Origin: Carpediemonas membranifera BICM
Taxonomy: Eukaryota > Protista > Fornicata
Direction of reading: 5' to 3'
DNA length: 64,000 bases
Assembly: GCA_019828565.1 (NCBI GenBank)
Contig: JAHDYR010000004.1
Location: forward strand, 248,001-312,000
Part shown: one piece after another, positions 1 to 9,454 of the stretch
Position numbering within the stretch: the stretch's first letter is position 1
Layout: every line of letters starts with the position of its first letter
Position numbers and translations under genes: made by a program
The notes under the pieces: model-generated
What the model was told of the DNA's origin: nothing
What the model saw: only the letters and a program-made list of their open reading frames with translations
Database searches by the model: none

Positions 1-537
1 CTTGATGATGTTGACCTTGTCCCTCAGCCTCGAGACCTCGCGAGTGAGGAGTGCGATCTGCGCCTTGTCCGCCACAGTTTCCTCGGTCTTCTCGGGCTCG
101 CTGCCGACGTCAGCGCCCACGGAAACGTCCATCGTCACGCGGGCCCGCATCTTGTTTCTTGCAAAGACGTGCGCGTTAGTCTGGGTGAAAATCACACGAT
201 ACATGCCATCATGCTGTGAAGTAAAGCCGAAGTGCCCGCCGTTCTCCTTGGCTGCTGCCCTGTAGACCACCGCGTCCGTGGGGTCTCGGACTTCGATGTG
301 AATGTTGTGGCTATCACTGGTCATGGGGATCACTTTGTTGCTGTTAAGCCCTTGTGTGACGGTGACAGTTCTATATGAGTATTCCACTAGCACAATCTCG
401 TCCTGGAAGGCATCAACGTAGAATTCTTTTGATGATGCACCCTCCATGTACCAATAGAGGCAGTTCGCCTGAATAGCCATCAGTAGCAGGCAGAGTAGAC
501 CTGTGCGTACGACAAATGCTGGCCTAATAGTCGCCAT
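1..537 (-). CDS. p24/emp24/gp25L (TMED) cargo receptor, 3' end outside window
   Basis: Not in the ORF track. Manual translation from ATG 537: MATIRPAFVVRTGLLCLLLLMAIQANCLYWYMEGASSKEFYVDAFQDEIVLVEYSY...IHIEVRDPTDAVVY...GHFGFTSQHDGMYRVIF...VTMDVSVG...LTREVSRLRDKVNIIK. This reads as signal peptide, GOLD domain, then coiled coil. Confidence 0.8.
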   Translation of the reverse strand, partial: MATIRPAFVVRTGLLCLLLMAIQANCLYWYMEGASSKEFYVDAFQDEIVLVEYSYRTVTVTQGLNSNKVIPMTSDSHNIHIEVRDPTDAVVYRAAAKENGGHFGFTSQHDGMYRVIFTQTNAHVFARNKMRARVTMDVSVGADVGSEPEKTEETVADKAQIALLTREVSRLRDKVNIIK

Positions 538-681
538 TACGCTGTTTGATCCCTTCCGACGTGTTTTGCCAGATTTGACACACGATGATGTCACCACAAA
601 GTACAGCTGCAACAAGCCCACCTATGGCCTCCAATGCACACAATTCACAAAGAAAAAGCTATTTATACAGCTGCGACTATA

Positions 682-3600
682 TTATAAACCAGAGTCTGAT
701 CCCGAGTCAGAGAAGTCTCTCGTGCCCGTGTCAGTGTACGAGTCATCGCTTGAGTCAGTCATTGAGTTGCTGAACTGAGCAAGCTCCTCGACCTGAGAGT
801 CTGTCTGGTCCGAGTTGGCGCTCAGCACCGTGGGTACGTCGAGCTCCTCGTCGGGCGAGTGGTCGACGTTGTACCCAGTGAGCTCCGAGGCAGACACCGT
901 CGTGGTTACATCGACTGTGCTGGAGAAGCGTACCATGGGAGGCTGGCCGGTGTTCTTGAGCTCCTCTCTGATGTGCTGGGGGACCATCTCTGTCCCCACA
1001 ATGCTCATGACCCCATCAAACATGAAGCCCGGGTCCTGGTCGACAGATGCGATGTTACTGACCATAGTAGAGGCCGACGAGGAGGTAAACTTGAGCGTGG
1101 GCACGGTGCTGTCCGACGTCCCCCGGGGTGTGTCTCCAGACCATGTAAACGGCTCCACCACCGACCCACGTCTGTCCACACCGCCGTAGGGGGGCCGGCC
1201 AGCGTCGTCACTGACGGGGACGGGCTCGGCGTGGGACGAGGTGATGTCCATGGGCCAGGGGTGCGCGGGGATGACGCCAGGTTGGGTCTGGGGCTTCGAT
1301 CCCCTGCGGTGGCGGTGGTGCTCGCCGTGGCTGTGGCTGTGGCGGCGCCCCTTCTCCTTCTCCTTGTCCTTCTCCTTCTTCTCGGACATCCGCCGGATGT
1401 TCTCCAGCTCGGTCTTCTCGAACTCGAGCATCTCATCAAAGTGACCGGCGTAGAAGAGATCAACCGCCTTCTTTGCCATCTCTTCCTTCGTAGCCCGCGC
1501 CTTGGCCTTGATGCGGTCGCGCCGCTCGATCTCATTCCTCTTGTCGGCGGCCTGGTGCCAACGCTTCTTGCTCCACTCGTCGTACTTGTCTTTCCATTCG
1601 TATAATTGGACCACTACCCAATCGCGCGCGTCCTCGAGGGTGATGATGATCTTTCGACCCCAAGCATAGTGTGTCATGCGCCGCTGAAGCATAGCCACCG
1701 CCCCCCTGATCAAGCTTGTTGGGAACAAGACAGTCAGGTCGACCAGCATGATCGGGAAGATGACAACGGCGAGGAATGCAAGGAGGGCAATAAACAGGGC
1801 GGTGAGGTGCGACGATGTGATCGTCTCGTTCGTGTGCGTGAACGCCAGCCAGAGGAGCACGCTGAACGCCATGTGGGACGTGGCCGAGCATAGGACGTGG
1901 TACCTCCGTCTGTACGCCCGTGTGGTGACGATCACGGCGAGATAGCCGACGGTAAAGACGGATATGAAGATCAGCTTCGTGATGACCGAATCTGACAGCA
2001 CGACCACGATGACGAGTGTCATGGTGCGTAGCTGAATGAGGCTGAACGTGAAGTACATTGACGTCTTGAACGGCAGGATTGCGGGCCATATCGCGTGTTT
2101 GAAGTAACCGCCGCTCTTGTCCGTGATAAACTTACTCATCCCCATCCTCGCGGTGATGGATGACGAGCCTGCCGAGGAAGCGGGGCCCGAGCTAAAGAAC
2201 GAGGCCATCGACATGTTGCTGTTAATGCTGCTGCGGCTCGACTGGTTCGTCATCATGGTGCTGCTGGCGGCATAGCTTGCAGTAAAGGACCCCCGCGCAC
2301 TGCTTCCGCGCCTGTTCATCCGAGACTCGCGGCGGGATGACCTTCGCTGAGCCCTGAGTGTCTTCCTCTGAAGCTTGGCCAGCCGTACATTACGTCTAAT
2401 AGATCGTATCCTGGTCGATGCGATGAGGAACAGCGCCAGGGGGATCATACCGAGTGTCAGAGTGACTATAGTGATCACTACCCGCCATAGGTTCCACTCT
2501 AGTCCGCTGCACATGATGTGGGGCGACCTACTGTTGTACGTGACTCCATTCTGGGTCGAACAGATAAAAGGTGACACTAGTTGCAGCAGGATGCCGGGAA
2601 ACATCATATTGAGGAAACGGACAAAGGATGCCATGAGGGTTGTGTAGAGATAGGACGGCGAGCTCACAATGGACCGGAAGAGGTCGTACGAGGACATCTC
2701 GTTGGCCGAGATGAGCCGGGATGGGCGGCCAATTAAGAACCCGAGGCATATGAAGAACACGAAGACGTGGACGCAGAGGATGGCGTAGGCAACAGGGACT
2801 GCGAGCCAGACAATGGCCCTGGCGTAAATGTCAGTGAACAGCGGCCTTAGGAAAGAGACGCACGAGGGAGCAACAGAGTCGATGTTGAGGTTGAACAGAC
2901 CTGCCAGGGAGAAGAGCGCGAGGAACTTGCCGGGCCAGGTGATGTCTACGAGTGATAGGATCGTGGTGAGCTTGAAGAAGTCGAGGAGGACGTCTAGGAG
3001 CGGCATCGTGACCTGGAGCAGGGTAGAGCAGACGCTGATGCAAAATGCGGCGATGAATATCACGATGAGCAGGCCGACGCCTCGAGAGAAGTCCATGACG
3101 AAGGACCCGCTGCACTGCTGGCACATGGAGTCGGCCCGGAAGAACTGAGTATCACACTCGCCGCACAGGAAGCCGCCGTAGCCGTCAGAACAGACGTTGG
3201 CAGCGTCCTCGTCGGCTGTGACGTCGTCGCCGTACTGGGCGACGGAGCCAAGGCAGGCGTCGGCCGGAATGCAGGCGAGGAAGGTGTCGCGGTCGTACTT
3301 GTAGTACCCGGGCTGGGGCAGGGGGTCAACCACACCGTACAGGCAGGAGGCGTCGGCACAGCACGTCGCCCCGTCAGGACAGGCGGTGCATGCCTCGATG
3401 GACGCGTTGCCGAAGTACCCGCCCAAGCACATGCAGTCGGCCAGTGTCGTGGCGCCACCAGAGACTGTGACCATAGAGCTGTCAGGGCACGCGACACACG
3501 AGGTCGCCCCACTCTCGCTGCTGTACGAGAACGAGTCACACGTGATACACTGACCGCTGCCTGACCGGTCCTGGTAAGAACCTGGGTCACAGAGGTCACA

Positions 3601-6138
3601 GACAGTGGATGCGAGGTCAGCGGCGAATGATCCGGCCGGGCAGGCGTCACACGAGGTGCCGCTGACGCTGTATGTGCCCGTGATGCAAGCCGAGCACTGT
3701 GTAGCAACGTAGACCGAGTCGACGTGCGTCGGCTCGTACCCAGCGGTGCACGTGGCGGGCAGCAGACCCTCAGCGATGGTACATGTGTCAAATGTAAACC
3801 AGTCCGCGCCATCAGGCCAAGATACAGTCTGGTAATCCTTGGGGAGGGAGTCGCCGCTCCGCATGCTGAGCATCTGCACCTGTCGCATGCCCTGGTTGCA
3901 CGAGGATGTGAAACTACCGACGACGAGTGAGTCAGCGAGAGTGAACGAGCCTGCCACAGCCTCGAGGAAGGCGGGGCCAGTAACATCTGACGCAGCAACC
4001 GCACCCATTCGTACGAGGATCTGGATGAGGAGACTGCCAACAAGGTAGCCCTCGACGGCGGCGAACTGTGAGGCGTCGGACGTCATGATGGAGTGGAGGG
4101 CAGTGTCCGAGAAGTCCACAGAGAAATCCAGGGGAGAAGGCACGACGCTTGACGCGTAGATGTTCTTATAGTTGCCGTCGTATACATGCTGCCCGATGAA
4201 TCCCGAGTACGTCTCGAGCCCGACAAAGGAGAGCGAGTAAAACGATCCTAAGTTCATCTGGGTCTGCGAGAGCTTGAAGTCTACAGCTTCCACGAAGGCG
4301 GCCAGAGCGTTTGCTGTCCCAATCATGATCACAGCGTATTCCCGGGTGATGTCGAGCTCCGAGTCGTCAAAGATTGCAGTAACAGCGTCAGAGACGTCTG
4401 TAGTGCCCCACTCGTATGTCCCCTGCGCCACGATGGTCTTGTTGATGAATTCAAGGCTGAGAGTCAACCCGTCGAGTCCTGCTTGGCCAAAGGAGTCGTT
4501 TTGCATGAATATTACGAACTGGGTGTCTCCTGCGTGTGCTACCATGGCAGCAACCTCAGCGTCGTAGCTCGCTCTGTAGTTGACGACCGCTGCTTCCTCT
4601 CTCAAGGCCCGCAGCCCAGTAAACGGGCCGACCAGCGGTACCGGGGTGCCTGTGGCGTTCAACAGGGGGAGGAGCGACTTTGTCGTGGGGGTCCCGACCG
4701 TTCCCGCGATAAGAGCGACGCCCTCGTCGATCAGGGTGGTGAAACAGCTCGGGGTCCGGCTCGCGTCATACCCGTCGTTGAACGTGCGGAGTATGAGTGG
4801 GAAGGAGAAGAGCACGGCGTCGTTAGCCTCCTTGAAGGCCGCGGCAATGCCGGCCCGCATGCCCTTGCCGATGCTCGCCGCACTTCCACTCATGTCAGCG
4901 ATTTGGCCGATCACGAGGGGCTTGACGGCCTCCTCGGCGACCATAGCACCGCAGTAGCTGAAGTAGTCCCTCTCTAACAGCGCGTACGTGCCGTTAGGCT
5001 CGATCGTGGAGAGGTAGACGAAGTGCTGGCCTTGGTTGCACGAGCAGCCTGAGTACGCTTGGTCGCCGCTGCACTCGTAGCCGTATGGCCCCAGTCGCAC
5101 GTCCTCGACGTAGAACAGGCCGGTGTTGTAAACGGTGTCCATAAACAGGTCGACTGTCAACCCGCCGCTAGTGTCCACTCTTTCGAGCGCCATGCAGACC
5201 ATCGTGCCAGCCAGCCAGCCCTCAAGGGTCCCGAAGCCGAGTGTTGCTGCCGGCTGGTGGGCAGCCATCTCAGCCTCGTATCGCGGTAGTATGGAGTAGC
5301 CCTGCCCATGGAAAAAGGGCATCACTTGGCTCACGATGATGTTGTCGAAGTTGATGCCCGAATACGTGTGAAGTAGCTCATCAGCAAACACAGTAGACCC
5401 CACGAACGACACGGTGTAGAACAGAGTGTCAGGGTAGAGCGGCTGTGCTATACTGACGAACTTGGCCAATGCATACGCCGTTCCGATCATGACGACCAGG
5501 TCGGGCGTAGTTCCGTTGAGTGAGGCCTCGAGGGCAGCTAGACCGGGCTCCACCTCGACTGTGTTCCTCTCATAGGTGCCGTTGCCGATGATGGGGAGGT
5601 TGTACTTGCCCAGGGCAAGGCCGAGAGCGTTAATACCGGCCGTACCAAAGGCGTCTGCCTGGATAAACGCGGCAACGTTGGTGCGGCCGAACCCGACGGC
5701 ATAGTCTACTATAGAGTTGACCTCGTCGTCATATGAGGCGCGTACGTTCATCGCCAGGGGCTCAAAGGGGTGGCGTAGGAAACGAGCGCCGGTAAAGGAC
5801 CCGATGAGCGGCATTTCCGCTGCGAGGACGGTGTCGATCACGGCAGAGACTGTCGGTGTGCCCGTATAGCCGATGAGGGCGAAGACGCCGTCGTCGCCGA
5901 TCAGTTTGTTGGTGTTGGTTTCCGTATTCGCGGGAGTGTAGCCGTCATCATACGAAATGAGGCTCATGTTATACACGCTCTGTGCAGCATTAAAGGAGGC
6001 AAAGGCAGCAAGGATGCCGTCGCGCATATCCGTGCCAAGTGCCGCCGATGGGCCGCTCAGCGCGCAGGACTGGCCAAATGTGACTGTTGTAACGCAGGAT
6101 GCCAAAACTATTAATAAGAGAAAGGACAACAGGCGCAT
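682..6138 (-). CDS. Large membrane receptor: signal peptide, two periplasmic-binding-protein (Venus flytrap) domains, Cys-rich GCC2/GCC3-like repeats, multi-pass TM domain, low-complexity tail
   Basis: 1818-aa ORF. Two copies of GQ..a.SG..a..G..mr.Gi.AAF...DGY...G..GTPT (branched-chain amino-acid binding protein type), each ending CNQG. CxxCxxG(T/S)(Y/F) repeats, then about 9-11 hydrophobic segments. Confidence 0.85.
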   Translation of the reverse strand: MRLLSFLLLIVLASCVTTVTFGQSCALSGPSAALGTDMRDGILAAFASFNAAQSVYNMSLISYDDGYTPANTETNTNKLIGDDGVFALIGYTGTPTVSAVIDTVLAAEMPLIGSFTGARFLRHPFEPLAMNVRASYDDEVNSIVDYAVGFGRTNVAAFIQADAFGTAGINALGLALGKYNLPIIGNGTYERNTVEVEPGLAALEASLNGTTPDLVVMIGTAYALAKFVSIAQPLYPDTLFYTVSFVGSTVFADELLHTYSGINFDNIIVSQVMPFFHGQGYSILPRYEAEMAAHQPAATLGFGTLEGWLAGTMVCMALERVDTSGGLTVDLFMDTVYNTGLFYVEDVRLGPYGYECSGDQAYSGCSCNQGQHFVYLSTIEPNGTYALLERDYFSYCGAMVAEEAVKPLVIGQIADMSGSAASIGKGMRAGIAAAFKEANDAVLFSFPLILRTFNDGYDASRTPSCFTTLIDEGVALIAGTVGTPTTKSLLPLLNATGTPVPLVGPFTGLRALREEAAVVNYRASYDAEVAAMVAHAGDTQFVIFMQNDSFGQAGLDGLTLSLEFINKTIVAQGTYEWGTTDVSDAVTAIFDDSELDITREYAVIMIGTANALAAFVEAVDFKLSQTQMNLGSFYSLSFVGLETYSGFIGQHVYDGNYKNIYASSVVPSPLDFSVDFSDTALHSIMTSDASQFAAVEGYLVGSLLIQILVRMGAVAASDVTGPAFLEAVAGSFTLADSLVVGSFTSSCNQGMRQVQMLSMRSGDSLPKDYQTVSWPDGADWFTFDTCTIAEGLLPATCTAGYEPTHVDSVYVATQCSACITGTYSVSGTSCDACPAGSFAADLASTVCDLCDPGSYQDRSGSGQCITCDSFSYSSESGATSCVACPDSSMVTVSGGATTLADCMCLGGYFGNASIEACTACPDGATCCADASCLYGVVDPLPQPGYYKYDRDTFLACIPADACLGSVAQYGDDVTADEDAANVCSDGYGGFLCGECDTQFFRADSMCQQCSGSFVMDFSRGVGLLIVIFIAAFCISVCSTLLQVTMPLLDVLLDFFKLTTILSLVDITWPGKFLALFSLAGLFNLNIDSVAPSCVSFLRPLFTDIYARAIVWLAVPVAYAILCVHVFVFFICLGFLIGRPSRLISANEMSSYDLFRSIVSSPSYLYTTLMASFVRFLNMMFPGILLQLVSPFICSTQNGVTYNSRSPHIMCSGLEWNLWRVVITIVTLTLGMIPLALFLIASTRIRSIRRNVRLAKLQRKTLRAQRRSSRRESRMNRRGSSARGSFTASYAASSTMMTNQSSRSSINSNMSMASFFSSGPASSAGSSSITARMGMSKFITDKSGGYFKHAIWPAILPFKTSMYFTFSLIQLRTMTLVIVVVLSDSVITKLIFISVFTVGYLAVIVTTRAYRRRYHVLCSATSHMAFSVLLWLAFTHTNETITSSHLTALFIALLAFLAVVIFPIMLVDLTVLFPTSLIRGAVAMLQRRMTHYAWGRKIIITLEDARDWVVVQLYEWKDKYDEWSKKRWHQAADKRNEIERRDRIKAKARATKEEMAKKAVDLFYAGHFDEMLEFEKTELENIRRMSEKKEKDKEKEKGRRHSHSHGEHHRHRRGSKPQTQPGVIPAHPWPMDITSSHAEPVPVSDDAGRPPYGGVDRRGSVVEPFTWSGDTPRGTSDSTVPTLKFTSSSASTMVSNIASVDQDPGFMFDGVMSIVGTEMVPQHIREELKNTGQPPMVRFSSTVDVTTTVSASELTGYNVDHSPDEELDVPTVLSANSDQTDSQVEELAQFSNSMTDSSDDSYTDTGTRDFSDSGSDSGL

Positions 6139-6457
6139 TTGGTTCTCAAAACAGCTAGAAGCTTGTGTATTCGCTGAAGTTTCGATTGTCGATACGATCT
6201 ATTTATGTGCCACGTAAATGTGCCAGATTCGGTAAAATTTTCATATGATCGTGGAGGCAGACCCTGTCTGCCCCGCCCTCAAAATTTTTGGAGACATTCT
6301 TCCAGTCAGTCGCTTGTTCTTGAAGACTAGAAGATTGTCTGATCTGAGCAATTTTCGCGCAATCTTCCATTGAAATTTGGCAGTCCGAAAAAATTTGGCG
6401 GGCATACAAGCACCTATAGTACATTTAGTAGTCGCGATATATCGCGGCTCATTGGTC

Positions 6458-7138
6458 TCAGTCGCGTTGGGGACCATTGGTCTCGGCAGATCCAGTAGGA
6501 CCCTGGGAGGTGGGTGCTATTGTTGCAGTCATTGCCTGGTTGTAGATAGAGGTGCCCTCGTCCATTCTAGGAGGCTTGAGAATGCTCAGGGCGGCAGGAA
6601 CAGTCAGCTTGCAGATCATGAAGAAGCAAACCGCGCCGACAACGACAGGAGCCTCGGGGGTGGTGGGAACGTCGCACAGGAGGGCAGTAAAGTGCTTGAT
6701 TGATGTGGGGATGGCGGCATTGAGCTTAGAGTCGGGGAATGTGAACACAGACCGGGAAGTAGCGGGCACGGTGGCCAGGACGTGTGAGAGGAAGAGGCCC
6801 TGGAGGAGGTTGGCCGCAATGAACGTGATGGCGTTGGTGAGCATGTTGGCCCTGGCTGCCTTCGCTGAAACCACGCTGAACTGATTCTCGAGGGCGGATA
6901 TGCGACGCTCGATCTCACCCTTCTCGGCAAACGAGTCTGAGGAGGTTGCGAAGCTGTCCTTTGTACGATTAAGGTTCTCTATCGTGTGTCTCGTCGCTAC
7001 AATCTTGCGTTTCCGCCTGTACACGATATACGTCATGCCGAGCCTCGCGAATTGGATCCAGATGAGTGGAAACAGGATGATGGCGGAGAGGGGAACAGAA
7101 TGGTCTAGGAGAAATGATATGAGAGAAGCTTCTGCCAT
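6458..7138 (-). CDS. Get1/WRB-like tail-anchored protein insertase (Oxa1 superfamily)
   Basis: TM helix, then a coiled coil containing SDSFAEKGEIERRISALENQF (compare Get1/WRB DEFAKxxKxxRkl), then two more hydrophobic segments. ATG at 7138 preferred over the TTG in the track. Confidence 0.6.
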   Translation of the reverse strand: MAEASLISFLLDHSVPLSAIILFPLIWIQFARLGMTYIVYRRKRKIVATRHTIENLNRTKDSFATSSDSFAEKGEIERRISALENQFSVVSAKAARANMLTNAITFIAANLLQGLFLSHVLATVPATSRSVFTFPDSKLNAAIPTSIKHFTALLCDVPTTPEAPVVVGAVCFFMICKLTVPAALSILKPPRMDEGTSIYNQAMTATIAPTSQGPTGSAETNGPQRD

Positions 7139-7336
7139 TCTGAGCCAAGATTGCTGAGATACTCGATTGGCAAGGATTGTGGCCAAAGCTGACAAATCGT
7201 CAGCGACCAGATGAGTGCCATCGATCGCCCCGACTGAGCTGACGCAAGCTATTACAGCCGCCGCTCGTTTTTGATGGTCATGTCATAAACTGCACATTTC
7301 AAAACAAAACTTGACCTCGTAATACTCCATCTAGCC

Positions 7337-7468
7337 ATGGGCAACACTGTTAATCCCGCTCTCCTTGCCGGTAAGAAGATTCCAAGCAGCAACACTACCA
7401 TCACTGGCCGCGGCGACGCTCCCGAGCAGCAGACCAGCGACATTGGTGGCTCCGGTGGGAACTTCTAA
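7337..7468 (+). CDS. Putative 43-aa microprotein with N-terminal Met-Gly
   Basis: ATG 7337 to TAA 7468: MGNTVNPALLAGKKIPSSNTTITGRGDAPEQQTSDIGGSGGNF. GCCATGG context, C/T-ending codons, AT-rich sequence on both sides. Confidence 0.45.
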   Translation: MGNTVNPALLAGKKIPSSNTTITGRGDAPEQQTSDIGGSGGNF

Positions 7469-7872
7469 GCTGAACGTTAGATAGAAAGATAAATGATGTA
7501 TCATACAAGACATGCATTGTACACACTGATATAAACGTCTGGAGTGCGAAGGAAATTGTGGTGATTTGAACGCTGCCACACGACAAGAGAGGAGAGCGCT
7601 TAACTCCCGCCGCTGCACAGCAAGCGCAGGAACTGGCCATTCCCATGAGCACTCATCATTCTCGGACATTCACCCGACTCAAACTCCAGGGATCTCATCT
7701 TCGTATCAATCACGTCGATGAATATCTCATGCTCCATGCTTGATCCAAGTCACGCCATGGTCCACCCTGCGGCTCTCTGCCAGGTACTACTCCGTGCCAT
7801 CCTCGTTCCCGATATCATCAATGACCGGTGCACTTTAACCTAACGTTGTGTGATATCGACGCGATTCCAGTC

Positions 7873-9252
7873 ATGAGCTTGTCGACGTCCTTGGAATCAT
7901 TCAGCCCTCAGCATTCAGATGGTGAGGACAAGACTCCAGAGGAAACTAACCTCGGGCCGCCCTTTGGAGATCATTTGGAACGTCCCCGTTCGTTATCACT
8001 CCGAAACCTTAAGAAGCCTCGCCAAGAGACCTCTCGCGAAATACAAGTACCTATATACGCAGTTTCATCAGCAGAGAACCTCCTCCGAGCCCTTGAGCAT
8101 GCCGAGAGCGGCTCTGACCATCATGGCCCCCAGACCGACCGATCCGACTCTGCCCAGCCCGGACAACAGTGGAGACTCATCCTGGGCGACTTTACTGTCA
8201 TTCCGGCCTTTATAGTGAGCTTCCTCCTTGCCGCCGCCCTGTTTGTCAGCTTGATCGTCGTCCTGCCCGCCCCGGCCTTCGCCGACTGGTTCGACACGTG
8301 CAGCGGCTACATCGCCCTCCTCGGTGTGTTCATGAGCATCTACTCCTCCGACACCCCCGACCTGTCAGTTGCGTACCGACCCAACGTCCTCTGGGGCTCA
8401 TTCCGACTCTTCGTCGCCATTGGGGGCGGGATCCTGTATACACTGTTCCTCAAGGCGCTGCACAGGTTCTTCTTCAACATCTCAGACAGTGATGCGATCT
8501 ACAGGGGTCTGCTCGGCATGATGCCCATGCACTTTATCATGGCGTCGTTCGATCTTGATTTATTCAACGGATTCTTTTTCAGACAGCTCCACGTGCCCTT
8601 CAACTTCATCCCCCCGCTCGCCCTGGCCATCGCTATAGAGGTGTTCATCCACGTCTACATTATATCGCCCGGCCTCGAAGACCCCAACGTGTTTCAACTG
8701 AGAGCATCAATTGCCAACACGTTTCACATTATATACCTCCTCGCCATGGTCTTGTGCGGCCCGTTCACCCACAACATAGTCGACTCAGCAATTCGGGGCC
8801 ACGGTGCAGTGAGGAAAGGGCTCGTCATCCTCGGGGGCATCACTGTCGTCGCTGTTGTGGTCCATCTCATCATGTACCTCATCCTGTGCGAGGTGCTGCC
8901 TGACTCGTACGGCTGGGCTGACACGGGCTACGTTCTTCGCATGATCATCACTGGTTTCTTCCCCGCGGTCGTGTTTATGAGCTACTCAGTGAGGGAGGAG
9001 ACGCGCCTGTCGTCGTCCCTCACCGTCTCGGTAACACTCGCCCTCACTGTCGGCATGGGCGTTCTCCAGCTGGCCCTCTACTATTCCACCGTCAACCCCC
9101 TCGTACGCTGGATCAGATCAGACACTGGACCGTGGTACATGAGCGACACCATCACATGGTCCTTCCTGCTGGGCACTGTGTTCCACTGCTGGGCGACGAT
9201 GTTCAACTATGCCGGGCTGGGCCGGCCTGTGGGGAAGGAGGAGGCGATATGA
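7873..9252 (+). CDS. Uncharacterised multi-pass membrane protein
   Basis: ORF 7828-9252, first ATG 7873. Hydrophilic N-terminus followed by about 10 TM segments. Confidence 0.7.
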   Translation: MSLSTSLESFSPQHSDGEDKTPEETNLGPPFGDHLERPRSLSLRNLKKPRQETSREIQVPIYAVSSAENLLRALEHAESGSDHHGPQTDRSDSAQPGQQWRLILGDFTVIPAFIVSFLLAAALFVSLIVVLPAPAFADWFDTCSGYIALLGVFMSIYSSDTPDLSVAYRPNVLWGSFRLFVAIGGGILYTLFLKALHRFFFNISDSDAIYRGLLGMMPMHFIMASFDLDLFNGFFFRQLHVPFNFIPPLALAIAIEVFIHVYIISPGLEDPNVFQLRASIANTFHIIYLLAMVLCGPFTHNIVDSAIRGHGAVRKGLVILGGITVVAVVVHLIMYLILCEVLPDSYGWADTGYVLRMIITGFFPAVVFMSYSVREETRLSSSLTVSVTLALTVGMGVLQLALYYSTVNPLVRWIRSDTGPWYMSDTITWSFLLGTVFHCWATMFNYAGLGRPVGKEEAI

Positions 9253-9454
9253 GAGTCAGTTGTTGCTGTTATAGCAGTAAACACGCGGTTACCGGTGTTG
9301 TTGTTGTTGTTGTATTGTCTTCCTTGGTTTGGTGGGTGGAAGTCCGTCTGCCAGGCTCTACGGCGTCACCAGCGACGCCCTTCTCGCCACCACTAACGGC
9401 CTCCCCTTGCTGCTCACTGAAACAGAGTTTTTAAAGTCAAACGGACCAAACGCC

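Noticed and set aside
9297-9313. (GTT)n microsatellite
   Set aside because: Short simple repeat between convergent genes; unremarkable.
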